From Thermoanaerobaculia bacterium (GTDB lineage Bacteria; Acidobacteriota; Thermoanaerobaculia; UBA5066): DNA of 64,000 bases. The notes beneath the pieces are model-generated. The model was not told the origin of the DNA. It did not search any database and worked only from the letters and a program-made list of their open reading frames with translations. This document shows, one piece after another, positions 8,757 to 18,364 of this stretch (position 1 is its first letter; every line of letters starts with the position of its first letter). The translations under genes were made by a program, and so were the position numbers. The stretch is from the NCBI GenBank assembly GCA_963719225.1, contig CAVRAY010000001.1:3392001-3456000 (forward strand). The letters run 5' to 3'.

Positions 8757-11700
8757 TTGAAGAGGCATCTCCTCCAGGCGCTGGCGTACCTGCCGCAGCC
8801 GTTGCGCCGCCGTTCGTACGTCGCGAACCTGGGCTTCGATCCGACCGAGGTCTCGCGCCTCAACTTCAAGCTGGCGGAGACGCTCGACGAACGCATCCAG
8901 AGCTTCCGCGTCCTGCACGACATGTACGTGCGGCGCGGGCTCATCGATCCGACGCCTACGGGCCTCAGGTTCACCGTCTTCTCCGTGCTGCCGACGACCG
9001 CGATCTTCGTGGGAATCCGCGATGGCCTGGTCGTGAGCACGATGTCGCTGATCGAGGACTCTCCGCTCGGCGTCCCCATGGAAAAGCTCTACCGCCAGGA
9101 GATCGGGCGGCTGCGCCTCGAGCGCCGCCGCTTCGCCGAGGTGAGCGCCCTCGCCGTCCAGACGGAGGCACGCGGCAAGGGCCTCGCGCTCATGATGTAC
9201 AACCTGATGTTCCGGTGGGCATTCTTCTACCGGGGCGTCGACGACCTCGTCATCGCCGTGCATCCGAAGGCGGAAGGTTTCTACCGGGACGTTCTTCTCT
9301 TCGACCGGTTCGGAGACGTCCGTGCCTACGAATCCCTCAAGGACGCGCCGGCCGTCGCGCTGAAGCTGGAGCTGCAGACGATCGTGCGGCGCTATCGCGC
9401 GCTGTACGACCGTCGGAGGCGATCCGGCGAGAACGAGCCGGTTCAGAACCTCTACCACTTCTTCTGCGAGGAACAGTTCGCGAACTTCTCGATGCCCACG
9501 CTCCGCGCGGACACGTCGCGCCGCGTGCCGCCGCCCGCCTGGAGCCACGAGGATGTCAGCAGCCTCTTCGAGGAGCACGGGTTCGACATCTCGTCTCTGA
9601 CGTCCGAGGAGCGGCGTTTCTTCATTCTCGAGTACCCGAACCTGGACTGGTCGATTCCGCGCGGAAGAGGCTTCCGGCGGAGCGCGACGGGCCTGAGGGA
9701 AGGCGGGCGCACCGGCAGCCCCGTCGCGGACGCTCTCCTCACGGCCGCGGCGCGCGCTCCCTCCCACGACAACACGCAGCCCTGGCGCTTCACGGCGGAC
9801 ACGAAAACCGGCCGCATCGCCTTCCACGTGGACGAGGGCCGCGATCCTTCGCCGCTCAACGCGGGGCAGCGGCTGTCGCGACTGGCCGTCGGCTGCGCGA
9901 TCGAGAACTTCCGCCGCACGGCCCTGGCGAACGGCTGGAGCCTCGAGGTGGAAGACCCTCCCCCCAACGCGCTCGCGATGTTCCGCGTGACGGACGAGGG
10001 CCACGCTCCGCCGCGCGCCGACGGTCCGATCTTCGCTCGGGTCACGAACCGGATGGTCTACGGCTCTCGCCCCGTTCCCGCGGCGGCGCTGGAGCGTCTC
10101 GCGTCGAAGACTCCCGATCTGGACGGCGTCAAGACACACTGGATCCTCGCGCCTCATCGCGTCGAGGCGCTCGCCGACCTCGTCGGCCGGGCCGAGCGGA
10201 TCGTGTTCGCCCACGGCGCTCTTCGGCGGGCGCAGCACGCCCGCGTGCGTTTCGACCGCAAGCGCGGGGACGCGGTTTCCGAAGGTCTCTCGGTCGCCGC
10301 GCTCGAGCTCTCCCCGACGCGCGAACAGATCCTCCGGCGCGCGGCGTGGCTGCCGGACTGGGCCGTGAAGGCGCTCGGCATTCCCCTCCTGGCCGCCTCG
10401 GCCGCCGCGGATCTCGTGCGGAGCTCTTCGGGTCTCTGTCTGGTCGTGGCGCCCGACGCGAGCCCGGCGTCGGACCTCGCGGCCGGGCGCGCGGCGCAAC
10501 GCGCGTGGCTGTCGATGACCGAGGAGGGACTCGCGGTGCATCCCATGCACGCGCTCGTCGGGCTCGACACGATCCTCGAGAACGGCGCCCCGAAGCTCGT
10601 GGCGTCGCTCTCGAGCAGGAAAGTGAACGCGCTGAAACGCGAGCTGCGCTCGCGCGCGCCGGAGCTCGGATCGGGGAGCCCGGCGTTTCTCATGCGGTTC
10701 GGCAATGCGCCCCCGCCGGCGGGCCGGAGCGGACGGCAGCCGCTCGAGGCCGTGACGCGGCAGGCGCCTCTGGCCCCCGGGGCCAAGCCGACGTCGTCGC
10801 CCGCGGCGCCGGCGCGGAAATCCCGCAGGCCCCGCGTCCTGTTCGTGGGCGAGGCGATCAGCCTCACGCACGCCCGGCGTCCCTTCGCGCTCGCGCGCGG
10901 CATCAACCCGGCCCTGTTCGAGGTCGTGTTCGCGTGCGACCTTCGCTTCCGGCACCTGTTCCCGCAGGTGGATTTCGAGATGGTGCCGCTCCGTTCGATT
11001 CCGTCGGAGCAGTTCCTCGACGCCCTCGCGGCGGGCTCGCCGATCTACGACGTCGGGACGCTCCAGGAATACGTGGAGGAGGACGAGCGTCTCCTGCGCG
11101 AGGTCGCTCCGGACATCGTCGTCGGAGACTTCCGGCTTTCCCTCGGCGTCAGCACGCGCGTCGCCGGAATTCCCTACGTCTGCCTCGCGGAGTCGTGCTG
11201 GAGCCCCTATGCGAAGCTGAAGATTCCCCTCGCGGAGCACCCCGCCGTCAAGCTCGTCGGGCCGCGGGTGGCACAGGCGGTCTTCAAGCCGATCCGGGCG
11301 ATCGCGTTCGCATATCACGCGCTGCCGATGAACGCCGTGCGCCGCGGGCACGGACTCCGGGGGCTCCGCCTCGACCTGCGCCGCGTGTTCACGGACGGGG
11401 ACTACGCGCTCTACGTCGACGTCCCCGAGCTGACGCCCATGTTCGACCTGCCCGCGAATCACCAGTACCTCGGCCCGGTGCTCTGGTCGCCCGAGGTGCC
11501 GCTCCCGCCCTGGTGGTCCGAGCTGCCGCGCCACCTCCCGATCGTCTTCGTCGCGCTCGGGAGCGTCACGAACCCGGCGATCCTGCCGGTCGTCCTCGAG
11601 GCGCTCGAGCCCCTGCCCGTCACGATCGTCGCCGAGACGCGGGGCGCGCGCCTTCCGCACGTGCCGAAGAACGCGTTCGTCGCCGATTTCCTCCCGAGGG

Positions 11701-12041
11701 AACGCATGATCAAGGAGGCCCGCCTCGTCATCTGCAGCGGTTCGACCTCCAGCTCTCATCAGGCGCTCGCCCAGGGCCGCCCGGTGCTCGGGATCGTCAG
11801 CAACATGAACCAGCACCTGAACATGCAGGCCGTCGAGCAGGCGCGGGCGGGCCGCTTCGTCAGGGCCGGAGGGATCGAAAGCCGCGCTCTCGGCGATCTC
11901 GCCCTGTCGTTCCTCGCGCGCCCGGCTTACACGGAAGCGGCCCAGGCTCTCGCGCACACGCTCGCGCGTTACGACGCCGCGACGCGCCTTCAGGACCTCC
12001 TCGCCCGCATTCCCGTCCACACCTCCTCCTCCGTCCTGTGA
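8757..12041 (+). CDS. Tri-domain protein: FeeM/OxzA-like N-acyl amino acid synthase + Acg-type nitroreductase + GT1 (PGL-type) glycosyltransferase
   Basis: N-terminus: HDMYVRRGL, STMSLIEDSPLGVPME, AEVSALAV, IAVHPKAEGFY. Middle: RAPSHDNTQPWRF, RVTNR. C-terminus: VLFVGEAISLTH, DIVVGDFRLSL, DVPEL, YLGPVLWSP. TTG is the first possible start after an in-frame TAA at 8742. Confidence 0.85.
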   Translation: MKRHLLQALAYLPQPLRRRSYVANLGFDPTEVSRLNFKLAETLDERIQSFRVLHDMYVRRGLIDPTPTGLRFTVFSVLPTTAIFVGIRDGLVVSTMSLIEDSPLGVPMEKLYRQEIGRLRLERRRFAEVSALAVQTEARGKGLALMMYNLMFRWAFFYRGVDDLVIAVHPKAEGFYRDVLLFDRFGDVRAYESLKDAPAVALKLELQTIVRRYRALYDRRRRSGENEPVQNLYHFFCEEQFANFSMPTLRADTSRRVPPPAWSHEDVSSLFEEHGFDISSLTSEERRFFILEYPNLDWSIPRGRGFRRSATGLREGGRTGSPVADALLTAAARAPSHDNTQPWRFTADTKTGRIAFHVDEGRDPSPLNAGQRLSRLAVGCAIENFRRTALANGWSLEVEDPPPNALAMFRVTDEGHAPPRADGPIFARVTNRMVYGSRPVPAAALERLASKTPDLDGVKTHWILAPHRVEALADLVGRAERIVFAHGALRRAQHARVRFDRKRGDAVSEGLSVAALELSPTREQILRRAAWLPDWAVKALGIPLLAASAAADLVRSSSGLCLVVAPDASPASDLAAGRAAQRAWLSMTEEGLAVHPMHALVGLDTILENGAPKLVASLSSRKVNALKRELRSRAPELGSGSPAFLMRFGNAPPPAGRSGRQPLEAVTRQAPLAPGAKPTSSPAAPARKSRRPRVLFVGEAISLTHARRPFALARGINPALFEVVFACDLRFRHLFPQVDFEMVPLRSIPSEQFLDALAAGSPIYDVGTLQEYVEEDERLLREVAPDIVVGDFRLSLGVSTRVAGIPYVCLAESCWSPYAKLKIPLAEHPAVKLVGPRVAQAVFKPIRAIAFAYHALPMNAVRRGHGLRGLRLDLRRVFTDGDYALYVDVPELTPMFDLPANHQYLGPVLWSPEVPLPPWWSELPRHLPIVFVALGSVTNPAILPVVLEALEPLPVTIVAETRGARLPHVPKNAFVADFLPRERMIKEARLVICSGSTSSSHQALAQGRPVLGIVSNMNQHLNMQAVEQARAGRFVRAGGIESRALGDLALSFLARPAYTEAAQALAHTLARYDAATRLQDLLARIPVHTSSSVL

Positions 12042-12066
12042 GAAGGACGGATACGATGGAGGAGCC

Positions 12067-12981
12067 GTGACGTCCTCGTTCTCGCCCCGGGAGGCCTTCG
12101 AGCGAAACTTCGGCCTCGTGACGCGCGCCGAGCAGGAGCGCCTCTTCGTTTCGCGCGTCGCGATCGCGGGCTGCGGCGGCGTGGGGGGCCTGCACGCGCA
12201 CGTCCTCGCGCGCCTGGGCGTCGGACGGTTTCGCCTCGCGGACTTCGACACGTTCTCGGTCGTGAACTTCAACCGGCAGATCGGCGCGACGATGGAGACC
12301 GTCGGGAAGAGCAAGGCGGAGGTGACGGCCGCGATGATCCGTTCGATCGATCCCGACGCCACGGTCGAGATCCTCGAGGAGGGCGTCGACGCGGCGAACG
12401 CGGACGCCTTCGTGGCCGGTGCCGATCTCGTCGTCGACGGCGTGGACTTCTTCGCGCTCTCCGGGCGCCGCGCGCTTTTCGCCGCGGCGCGGCGCGCGGG
12501 AGTGCCCGCTCTCACCGCGGGTCCGCTGGGCTTCGGCGCGTCGCTCCACGTCTTCTCTTCCAACGGCATGAGCTTCGACGAGTACTTCGGTCTCGCGGAC
12601 GGACAGGATCCGTTCGAGCAGCTCCTGAACTTCGTCGTCGGGCTCGCGCCGGGGGGACTCCACGTTCCCTACCTGGACTTCTCCACCGTGGATCCCGCGA
12701 CCGGCCGCGGGCCTTCCTCCATCGTGGGGACCCAGCTCGCGTCCTGCCTCGTCGGCGCCGAAGCCGTGCGGGTCCTGCTGGGCCGGGGGCCGTCGCCCGA
12801 CGCCCCGCGGTATTTCCAGTTCGACGCCTACCGCCGCAAGCTCAAGAGCGGGTCCTTGCGCCATGGGAACAAGGGTGTCGTGCAGCGGCTCAAGCGCGCC
12901 GTGCTGAGAAAGCGGGCGCGCGCGCTGGGCTGGGATCGCGCTCTTTTGGAACGGGCGAAGCGGGAGGCGGGGGCTCCATGA
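12067..12981 (+). CDS. ThiF/MoeB-family adenylyltransferase
   Basis: VAIAGCGGVG, DFDTFSVVNFNRQ, GKSKAEV, DLVVDGVDFF; no CxxC zinc sites or rhodanese domain; GGAGGAG RBS. Confidence 0.9.
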   Translation: MTSSFSPREAFERNFGLVTRAEQERLFVSRVAIAGCGGVGGLHAHVLARLGVGRFRLADFDTFSVVNFNRQIGATMETVGKSKAEVTAAMIRSIDPDATVEILEEGVDAANADAFVAGADLVVDGVDFFALSGRRALFAAARRAGVPALTAGPLGFGASLHVFSSNGMSFDEYFGLADGQDPFEQLLNFVVGLAPGGLHVPYLDFSTVDPATGRGPSSIVGTQLASCLVGAEAVRVLLGRGPSPDAPRYFQFDAYRRKLKSGSLRHGNKGVVQRLKRAVLRKRARALGWDRALLERAKREAGAP

Positions 12982-14999
12982 GCGCGGCCGTGCCGCGAAA
13001 GACGCGGGTCCTCTTCTTCGGCGAGGCCGTGACGCTCTCGCACGTCGTGAGGCCCCACGTCCTGGCGGCCTCGCTGGATCCGGCACGCTACGACGTGACG
13101 GTCGCCTGCGATCCGCGGTTCTCGAGCCTCTTCGAGAAGTCGACGTTCGCGCGCCGCGACCTGGAGAGCATCACCTGCGACGAGTTCCTGCACAAGCTCG
13201 AGGTCGGCTCCCCCGTCTACGACGCCCGCACTCTGAGGCGCTATGTGGACGAGGACCTCGCTCTTCTGCGCTCCGTGGAGCCCGACGTCGTCGTCGGCGA
13301 TTTCAGGCTCTCGCTCTCGGCGAGCGCACGGCTCGCCGGCGTCCCGTATCTCGCCGTGACCGACGCGTGCTGGAGCCCGTTCTCCGCCGCCTCCTTCCCG
13401 CTCGCCGAGCACCCGATGACGAAGGTGCTCGGCGTGCGCGCGTCCCAGGCCGTCTTCGCCGCGATCCGGCCGGCCGCGTTCGCGTACCACTGCCTGCCGA
13501 TCAATCGCGTGAGGCGGGACCTGGGTCTGCCGTCCCTCGGGTACGACCTCCGGCGCGTGTACACGAGCGCGGACTGGGTCCTCTACGCCGACATTCCGGA
13601 GCTCGCGCCGCTCCTGAATCTGCCCGCGACGCACCGGTATCTCGGCCCGATCCGGTGGTCGCCCGCCGTTCCGAAGCCGGCGTGGTGGGACGAGGTGCCG
13701 AAGGACAAGCCGGTGGTCTACGTCACGTTCGGGAGCTCCGGCAAGATGAATCTCCTGCCGCGCCTCGTGAAAGCTCTTTCGGAGCTGCCGGTGTCGATCC
13801 TCGTGGCGACGGCGGGCCGGGCGGCGCTCGACCTTCCGCCGCGCGATACGTTCGTCGCCGATTACCTTCCGGGCGACGCGGCCGCCGCGCGCTCGAGCCT
13901 CATGATCTGCAACGGCGGAACGCTCACGGTCCAGCAGGCCCTCTGCGCGAGCGTCCCCGTCCTCGGGATCGCGAACAACATGAATCAGCACATGAACATG
14001 CAGACGATCAGCCGCGCCGGTGCGGGCGAGCTGATGCGCGCCGGAACGTTCGATCCGTTCGAGCTGCGCGCCATGGTGCTCAAGATCCTCTCGTCTCCCG
14101 CCTACGTGCAGGCCGCCTCCGTTCTCGGGCAGACGTATCTCAGGTACGACGCGCCCTCTCGCTTCGGAGAGATCCTGGAGGTCGCCGCGCGCACCGCGGT
14201 GCTCCGGGAGGCCGCGCCCGCGAGGAGGCGCACCTCCTCGGTGCGCATGCTCGAGCCGAAGGTCAAGACGCAGGCCGAGGCGCTCGCGTACGACGAGATG
14301 GAGCACCACTTCGGCGACATCATCTTCCAGGGCCTCGCCGAGTCCGCTCTCAACATGGGGGTCGCCAAAGGGCGCATGCTCGAGGTGGGCACGGGCACCG
14401 GCCGCGTCAGCATCCGCCTCGCGAAGCTGAACCCCGCCCTGTCCATCGACGCCGTCGACCACACGGAAGCGAATTTCCACGTCGCGCGCGGGAACGCACG
14501 GCGGCACGGCCTCGGCGAGCGGCTGCGCTTCTCCCTCGCCCGCCCGAACGCGCTGCCTTTTCCCCCGAACGCCTTCGACCTCGTCATCGCGAGCAACGTC
14601 CTCCTGAACGCGGCCGACCCTCTCGCGTGCCTGAGGGAGATCCGGCGCGTCGCGCGGCCCGAAGGCGCGATCCTCGTGCGCGACGTGAGACGCCTTCCCG
14701 CGGCGATCCTGCCTTTCGTCGTCGCGCTCTACACGCGGGGCTACAGCCCGACGCTCAAGCGCCTCGCCTCGAACTCGTTCCACGCGGCGCTCTCCTACGC
14801 GGAGCTGGAGTCGCTCGTGAAGCAGCTCGAAATGCCGCGCGCGAAGGTCCGGAAGTACTTCGTGTCGCACATCGGGATCGAGGTGCCGGCCGCGAGGTTC
14901 GCGGCGGCGCCCATGAGGCCGCCCGCGGCGGCTTCGCTCTTCAAGCGTCTCGCCAAGTCGCTCTTCGTCTCGCGCGCCTCGGACGCAGGGCTGACGTGA
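12978..14999 (+). CDS. GT1 (PGL/p-HBAD-type) glycosyltransferase fused to class I SAM methyltransferase
   Basis: RVLFFGEAVTLSHVVRP...CNGGTLTVQQAL...NMNQHMNM, followed by LEVGTGTG and LPFPPNAFDLVIAS. Confidence 0.88.
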   Translation: MSAAVPRKTRVLFFGEAVTLSHVVRPHVLAASLDPARYDVTVACDPRFSSLFEKSTFARRDLESITCDEFLHKLEVGSPVYDARTLRRYVDEDLALLRSVEPDVVVGDFRLSLSASARLAGVPYLAVTDACWSPFSAASFPLAEHPMTKVLGVRASQAVFAAIRPAAFAYHCLPINRVRRDLGLPSLGYDLRRVYTSADWVLYADIPELAPLLNLPATHRYLGPIRWSPAVPKPAWWDEVPKDKPVVYVTFGSSGKMNLLPRLVKALSELPVSILVATAGRAALDLPPRDTFVADYLPGDAAAARSSLMICNGGTLTVQQALCASVPVLGIANNMNQHMNMQTISRAGAGELMRAGTFDPFELRAMVLKILSSPAYVQAASVLGQTYLRYDAPSRFGEILEVAARTAVLREAAPARRRTSSVRMLEPKVKTQAEALAYDEMEHHFGDIIFQGLAESALNMGVAKGRMLEVGTGTGRVSIRLAKLNPALSIDAVDHTEANFHVARGNARRHGLGERLRFSLARPNALPFPPNAFDLVIASNVLLNAADPLACLREIRRVARPEGAILVRDVRRLPAAILPFVVALYTRGYSPTLKRLASNSFHAALSYAELESLVKQLEMPRAKVRKYFVSHIGIEVPAARFAAAPMRPPAAASLFKRLAKSLFVSRASDAGLT

Positions 15000-16036
15000 C
15001 GTCTCTCGAGAAGCTCGTCTTCGCCGCCGTCCGGGCGCCCTCCGGCGACAACACGCAGCCCTGGCGCTTCGCGCTCGACGAGAAGACGTCGCGCATCGAG
15101 ATCCATCTCGATGCCGCGCGGGATCCCTCGCCCATGAACGCGGGGCAGCGCATGGCGCGCATCGCGCTCGGCGCCGCGCTCGAGAACCTCCTCTCCGAGG
15201 CCGGGCGGCTCGGCTTCGCGCCCGTCCTCGAGGAAGCGCCGCCGGCGCTCGCGGCCGTTCGCCTGACGGCCGCGGGCCGGGATCCGGACCTCGATGCCGT
15301 CGTCGCGGCGCGGGTCACGAACCGCCGCCCGTTCGACGGCCGCGCCCTGGATCCCCAGGTGAAGGCCGCCCTCGAGCGTGAGTCGTCGCCGCCCCTGGGA
15401 GGCGTGACGACGCACTGGATCGCCGCGAAGGAAAGGCTCCGCTTCCTCGCCTCTCTCGTCGGGCGCGCGGACGCGACGATGTTCTCCGTTCGCGAGATGC
15501 TCATGGCCTTCCTGGGAAAGGTGCGCTTCGACGCGCGGAGAGACGAAGCCGTCGAGGACGGGCTCTCTCCAGCCTCGCTCGAGCTTTCCCCCGCCGACCG
15601 GATCCTGCTCCGGCTGCTTCCCCGCCTTCCGCACGGTCTCCTTCGGGCGCTCGGGATGTTTCACGTCATGGGGGCGCGCTCGAGGGCGCTCGTCGCCGGC
15701 TCCTCGGCTCTCTGCCTCGTCGTCGCGCCCGACGCGGAGCCCCGCACGGACCTCGACGTAGGACGCGCGGCCGAGCGCGCGTGGCTCGCGCTGACGGCGC
15801 ACGGCCTCTCGGCGCAGCCGATGATGTCGCTTCTCGTCCTCGAGAACGCTCTGGATCACGGCGTCCTCGCGCCGGGTCGGACCCGCGACGCGGCCCTGGA
15901 GATACGCGCCGGCCTGCGGAAGCTCGCGCCCGAGGTCGGCGGGGGCCGGCCCGCTTTCCTGATGCGCGTGGGGTACGCGCCGCCGCCGAGGGGCCGCGTC
16001 GGCCGCCTTCCCGTCGGGGACGCTACGCGGCTCTGA
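14996..16036 (+). CDS. Acg/OxzB-like nitroreductase-family (FMN) protein
   Basis: GTG start overlapping the upstream TGA; RAPSGDNTQPWRF, RVTNRR, GRAAERAWL, LMRVGYA; paralog of the middle domain of 8757..12041. Confidence 0.85.
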   Translation: MTSLEKLVFAAVRAPSGDNTQPWRFALDEKTSRIEIHLDAARDPSPMNAGQRMARIALGAALENLLSEAGRLGFAPVLEEAPPALAAVRLTAAGRDPDLDAVVAARVTNRRPFDGRALDPQVKAALERESSPPLGGVTTHWIAAKERLRFLASLVGRADATMFSVREMLMAFLGKVRFDARRDEAVEDGLSPASLELSPADRILLRLLPRLPHGLLRALGMFHVMGARSRALVAGSSALCLVVAPDAEPRTDLDVGRAAERAWLALTAHGLSAQPMMSLLVLENALDHGVLAPGRTRDAALEIRAGLRKLAPEVGGGRPAFLMRVGYAPPPRGRVGRLPVGDATRL

Positions 16037-17207
16037 GAGCCGTCGTGATCTTCAGGCGGGCGGCCCGCAGCGCCGGGAGAAGGCCGCCCGCGACGCCCAT
16101 GACGAGCGAGAAAGCGACTCCGCGCGCGACCAGGGACGGCGTGATCCGGAAGTTGAACAGCACCTCGGCGAACGTGGCGAAGTTCTGCGTCCCCGTCGGC
16201 TCGACGAGGAGGAGCTTGACGAGGAGGGTCGCGGCGAGAGCGCCCAATGCTCCGCCGATCAGCGCGAGGAGCATCGACTCGATCACGAAGGAGAGGACGA
16301 CGGCCGGCCTCGAGTAGCCGAGCGCCCGCAGAGTGGCGATGTCGGTCGTGCGGGCGGCGACCTGCGCGTACATCGTGTTCATCGCGCCGAACGTCGCCCC
16401 GATCGCCATGAGGACGCCGACGAGCCAGGCCAGGAACTCGATGGGCTTCGCGGTCGACTGCTGCTCGGAGAAGTACTGTTCTTCGGTCTTCGCCGCGAGC
16501 TTGATGCGCTGGTCGTCGCGGATCGCCCCCAGCAGGCGGACGCGCTGCCCCGCGTCGCGCGCGCGCAGCCGCACGACGGACAGGATCCCCTCGCGCTGGG
16601 ACTGCTCCTGGAGGTTGTGGAGGTCGGCCCAGACCTCGGAGTCGTACGGCGAGTTCGCGGCCTCGAAGTGCCCGACGATCGTCCAACGCTCGATCCCCGA
16701 GCGGATCTCGCTCCCGACGCCGAGAGAGGCGAAGCGCCGCGCGGTCCTCCGCGAGACGACCACCTCGTTCGTGCCGGGTCGGAACGCACGGCCCTCGACG
16801 ATCTTGAGAGCCGGCCGCAGGAGAAAGGCCTCGGGCTCCACCCCGCGCAGGATGACGTTCGTCTTCCGACCGTCCTTCCGGGCCAGGCTCACGAGCACCA
16901 CGATCTCCGGAGAGACGAGAGGTCCGCCCGACGGCGCACGGTCGATCCCGGGAAGCGTTCGGACCGCCTCGTATTCCTCGCGCGTGATCACGCTCATGAC
17001 GTCCGACTGCGCGCCCACGCGGAGCGCCACGATCGAGCGCGTCGAGACCGGCGCCTCGAAGGTCTTTCTCACGCCCTCGGCGAGCGACATGACGAGGAGG
17101 AAGACCGCGACGACGAGGGAGATGCCGAGGATCGTCATCGAGGTCGAGACACGCCGCACGAAGAGGTTCCGGAAGTTGTACTTGAGCGGGATCGCCGCCT
17201 TCGACAT
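16023..17207 (-). CDS. ABC transporter permease (MacB/FtsX family)
   Basis: [46 protein letters not shown]; start MSKAA at 17207. Confidence 0.9.
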   Translation of the reverse strand: MSKAAIPLKYNFRNLFVRRVSTSMTILGISLVVAVFLLVMSLAEGVRKTFEAPVSTRSIVALRVGAQSDVMSVITREEYEAVRTLPGIDRAPSGGPLVSPEIVVLVSLARKDGRKTNVILRGVEPEAFLLRPALKIVEGRAFRPGTNEVVVSRRTARRFASLGVGSEIRSGIERWTIVGHFEAANSPYDSEVWADLHNLQEQSQREGILSVVRLRARDAGQRVRLLGAIRDDQRIKLAAKTEEQYFSEQQSTAKPIEFLAWLVGVLMAIGATFGAMNTMYAQVAARTTDIATLRALGYSRPAVVLSFVIESMLLALIGGALGALAATLLVKLLLVEPTGTQNFATFAEVLFNFRITPSLVARGVAFSLVMGVAGGLLPALRAARLKITTALRAA

Positions 17208-18364
17208 CAGGCCACCCGGCGGAGCGCGCCGACGACCGAGATGCGCGAAGAGCGCACCGCGGGCACGAAGCCCGAGAGCGTCCCGATCGCGACGGCGGCG
17301 GCGAACGCCATCCCGACCGTGGACCACGAGACCCGGAAGTTGTACGCGAACGTCGCGGCGGGCGATTGCTTCATTCCCTCCACGAGGGCGTGCGTCAGCG
17401 GAAGGGACAGGAGGACGCCCGCGATTCCCCCCGTCAGGGCGAGGACGAGCGCCTCGGCGAGGATGAGCGCGAGGATGTGGTGCCGCTTGAAGCCGAGGGC
17501 CTTGAGGACGGCGATTTCCGTGACCCTCTCGCGGGCGCTCATCGCCATCGTGTTCGCGACGATGAGGATGATCGTGAAGAGGACCGTCAGCGAGATCGAA
17601 CGCACGAGGAGCTTCACGTTCCCGAGCATCTCGACGAACTGGAGCCGGAACTGCTTCTCGGGCATCGCCTTCACGGGGGCGGAGCTGTTCTCGAAGAGGG
17701 TGTTGATCGCGTCGACGACGACCGGCACGTCGGCGGGCCTCTTGACCCGAAGGACGAAGTTGCCGGTCTGGCCCGCCCGCCCCAGCCACGTGTTCTCGAG
17801 GTACTTGTAGTGATAGAAGATCACGGACTCGTCCGAGCCCTCGTAGACGCCCGCCATCACGAGGTCGAGCGTGATCGGGATGTACGAGCCCTGGATCTGG
17901 ATTCGGTCCCCGAGCTTCCAGTGGAACCGGTCGACGAGCTGCTTGCCCGCGATGAAGGAGTCGCGCCTCGCCTGCCACGTCCGGAGCTGGTCCTTGGGGA
18001 TCCGGTAGTCCTCGTGGATCGTGGCCCACGTGACCGGATCCGCGCCGAGCTGGCCGAAGAAATTCTGCGGTCTTTCGTCGATGTACGTGCCGTTGAACCA
18101 CATCTCCTCGGTCACGGCGACGACGTTCGGGATGCCCTCGATCTTGTGGCGGTAGGCGAGGGGCAGGAATTGCGCGAGGCCGGCCGTGTGCTGGACGAAG
18201 ATCCGCGTCGCGCCCAGCCCCGCGCTGTCCTCCCCCTCGAGCGACGCGAGGAGCGACGAGAGGACGACGATGAGAACCAGGACGAGGACGATCGAGCCGA
18301 TCGTGAGCGCCGCGCGCGTCTTCTTGCGGAAGACGTTGCGCAGGACCAGCGTCAGGAACTTCAT
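17207..18364 (-). CDS. ABC transporter permease (MacB/FtsX family)
   Basis: [31 protein letters not shown]. Confidence 0.9.
   Translation of the reverse strand: MKFLTLVLRNVFRKKTRAALTIGSIVLVLVLIVVLSSLLASLEGEDSAGLGATRIFVQHTAGLAQFLPLAYRHKIEGIPNVVAVTEEMWFNGTYIDERPQNFFGQLGADPVTWATIHEDYRIPKDQLRTWQARRDSFIAGKQLVDRFHWKLGDRIQIQGSYIPITLDLVMAGVYEGSDESVIFYHYKYLENTWLGRAGQTGNFVLRVKRPADVPVVVDAINTLFENSSAPVKAMPEKQFRLQFVEMLGNVKLLVRSISLTVLFTIILIVANTMAMSARERVTEIAVLKALGFKRHHILALILAEALVLALTGGIAGVLLSLPLTHALVEGMKQSPAATFAYNFRVSWSTVGMAFAAAVAIGTLSGFVPAVRSSRISVVGALRRVA

Noticed and set aside
8697-12569. 1290-aa minus-strand ORF and 1106-aa alternative plus-frame ORF over the fusion gene
   Set aside because: Arg/Gly/Ala-rich shadow frames typical of high-GC DNA; the 8757 frame carries all recognisable motifs
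12067-12981. ThiF as a RiPP (microcin C/TOMM-like) or ubiquitin-like system enzyme
   Set aside because: No precursor peptide, YcaO, sulfur carrier or E2/JAB gene is visible; the acyl-amino-acid synthase context fits better
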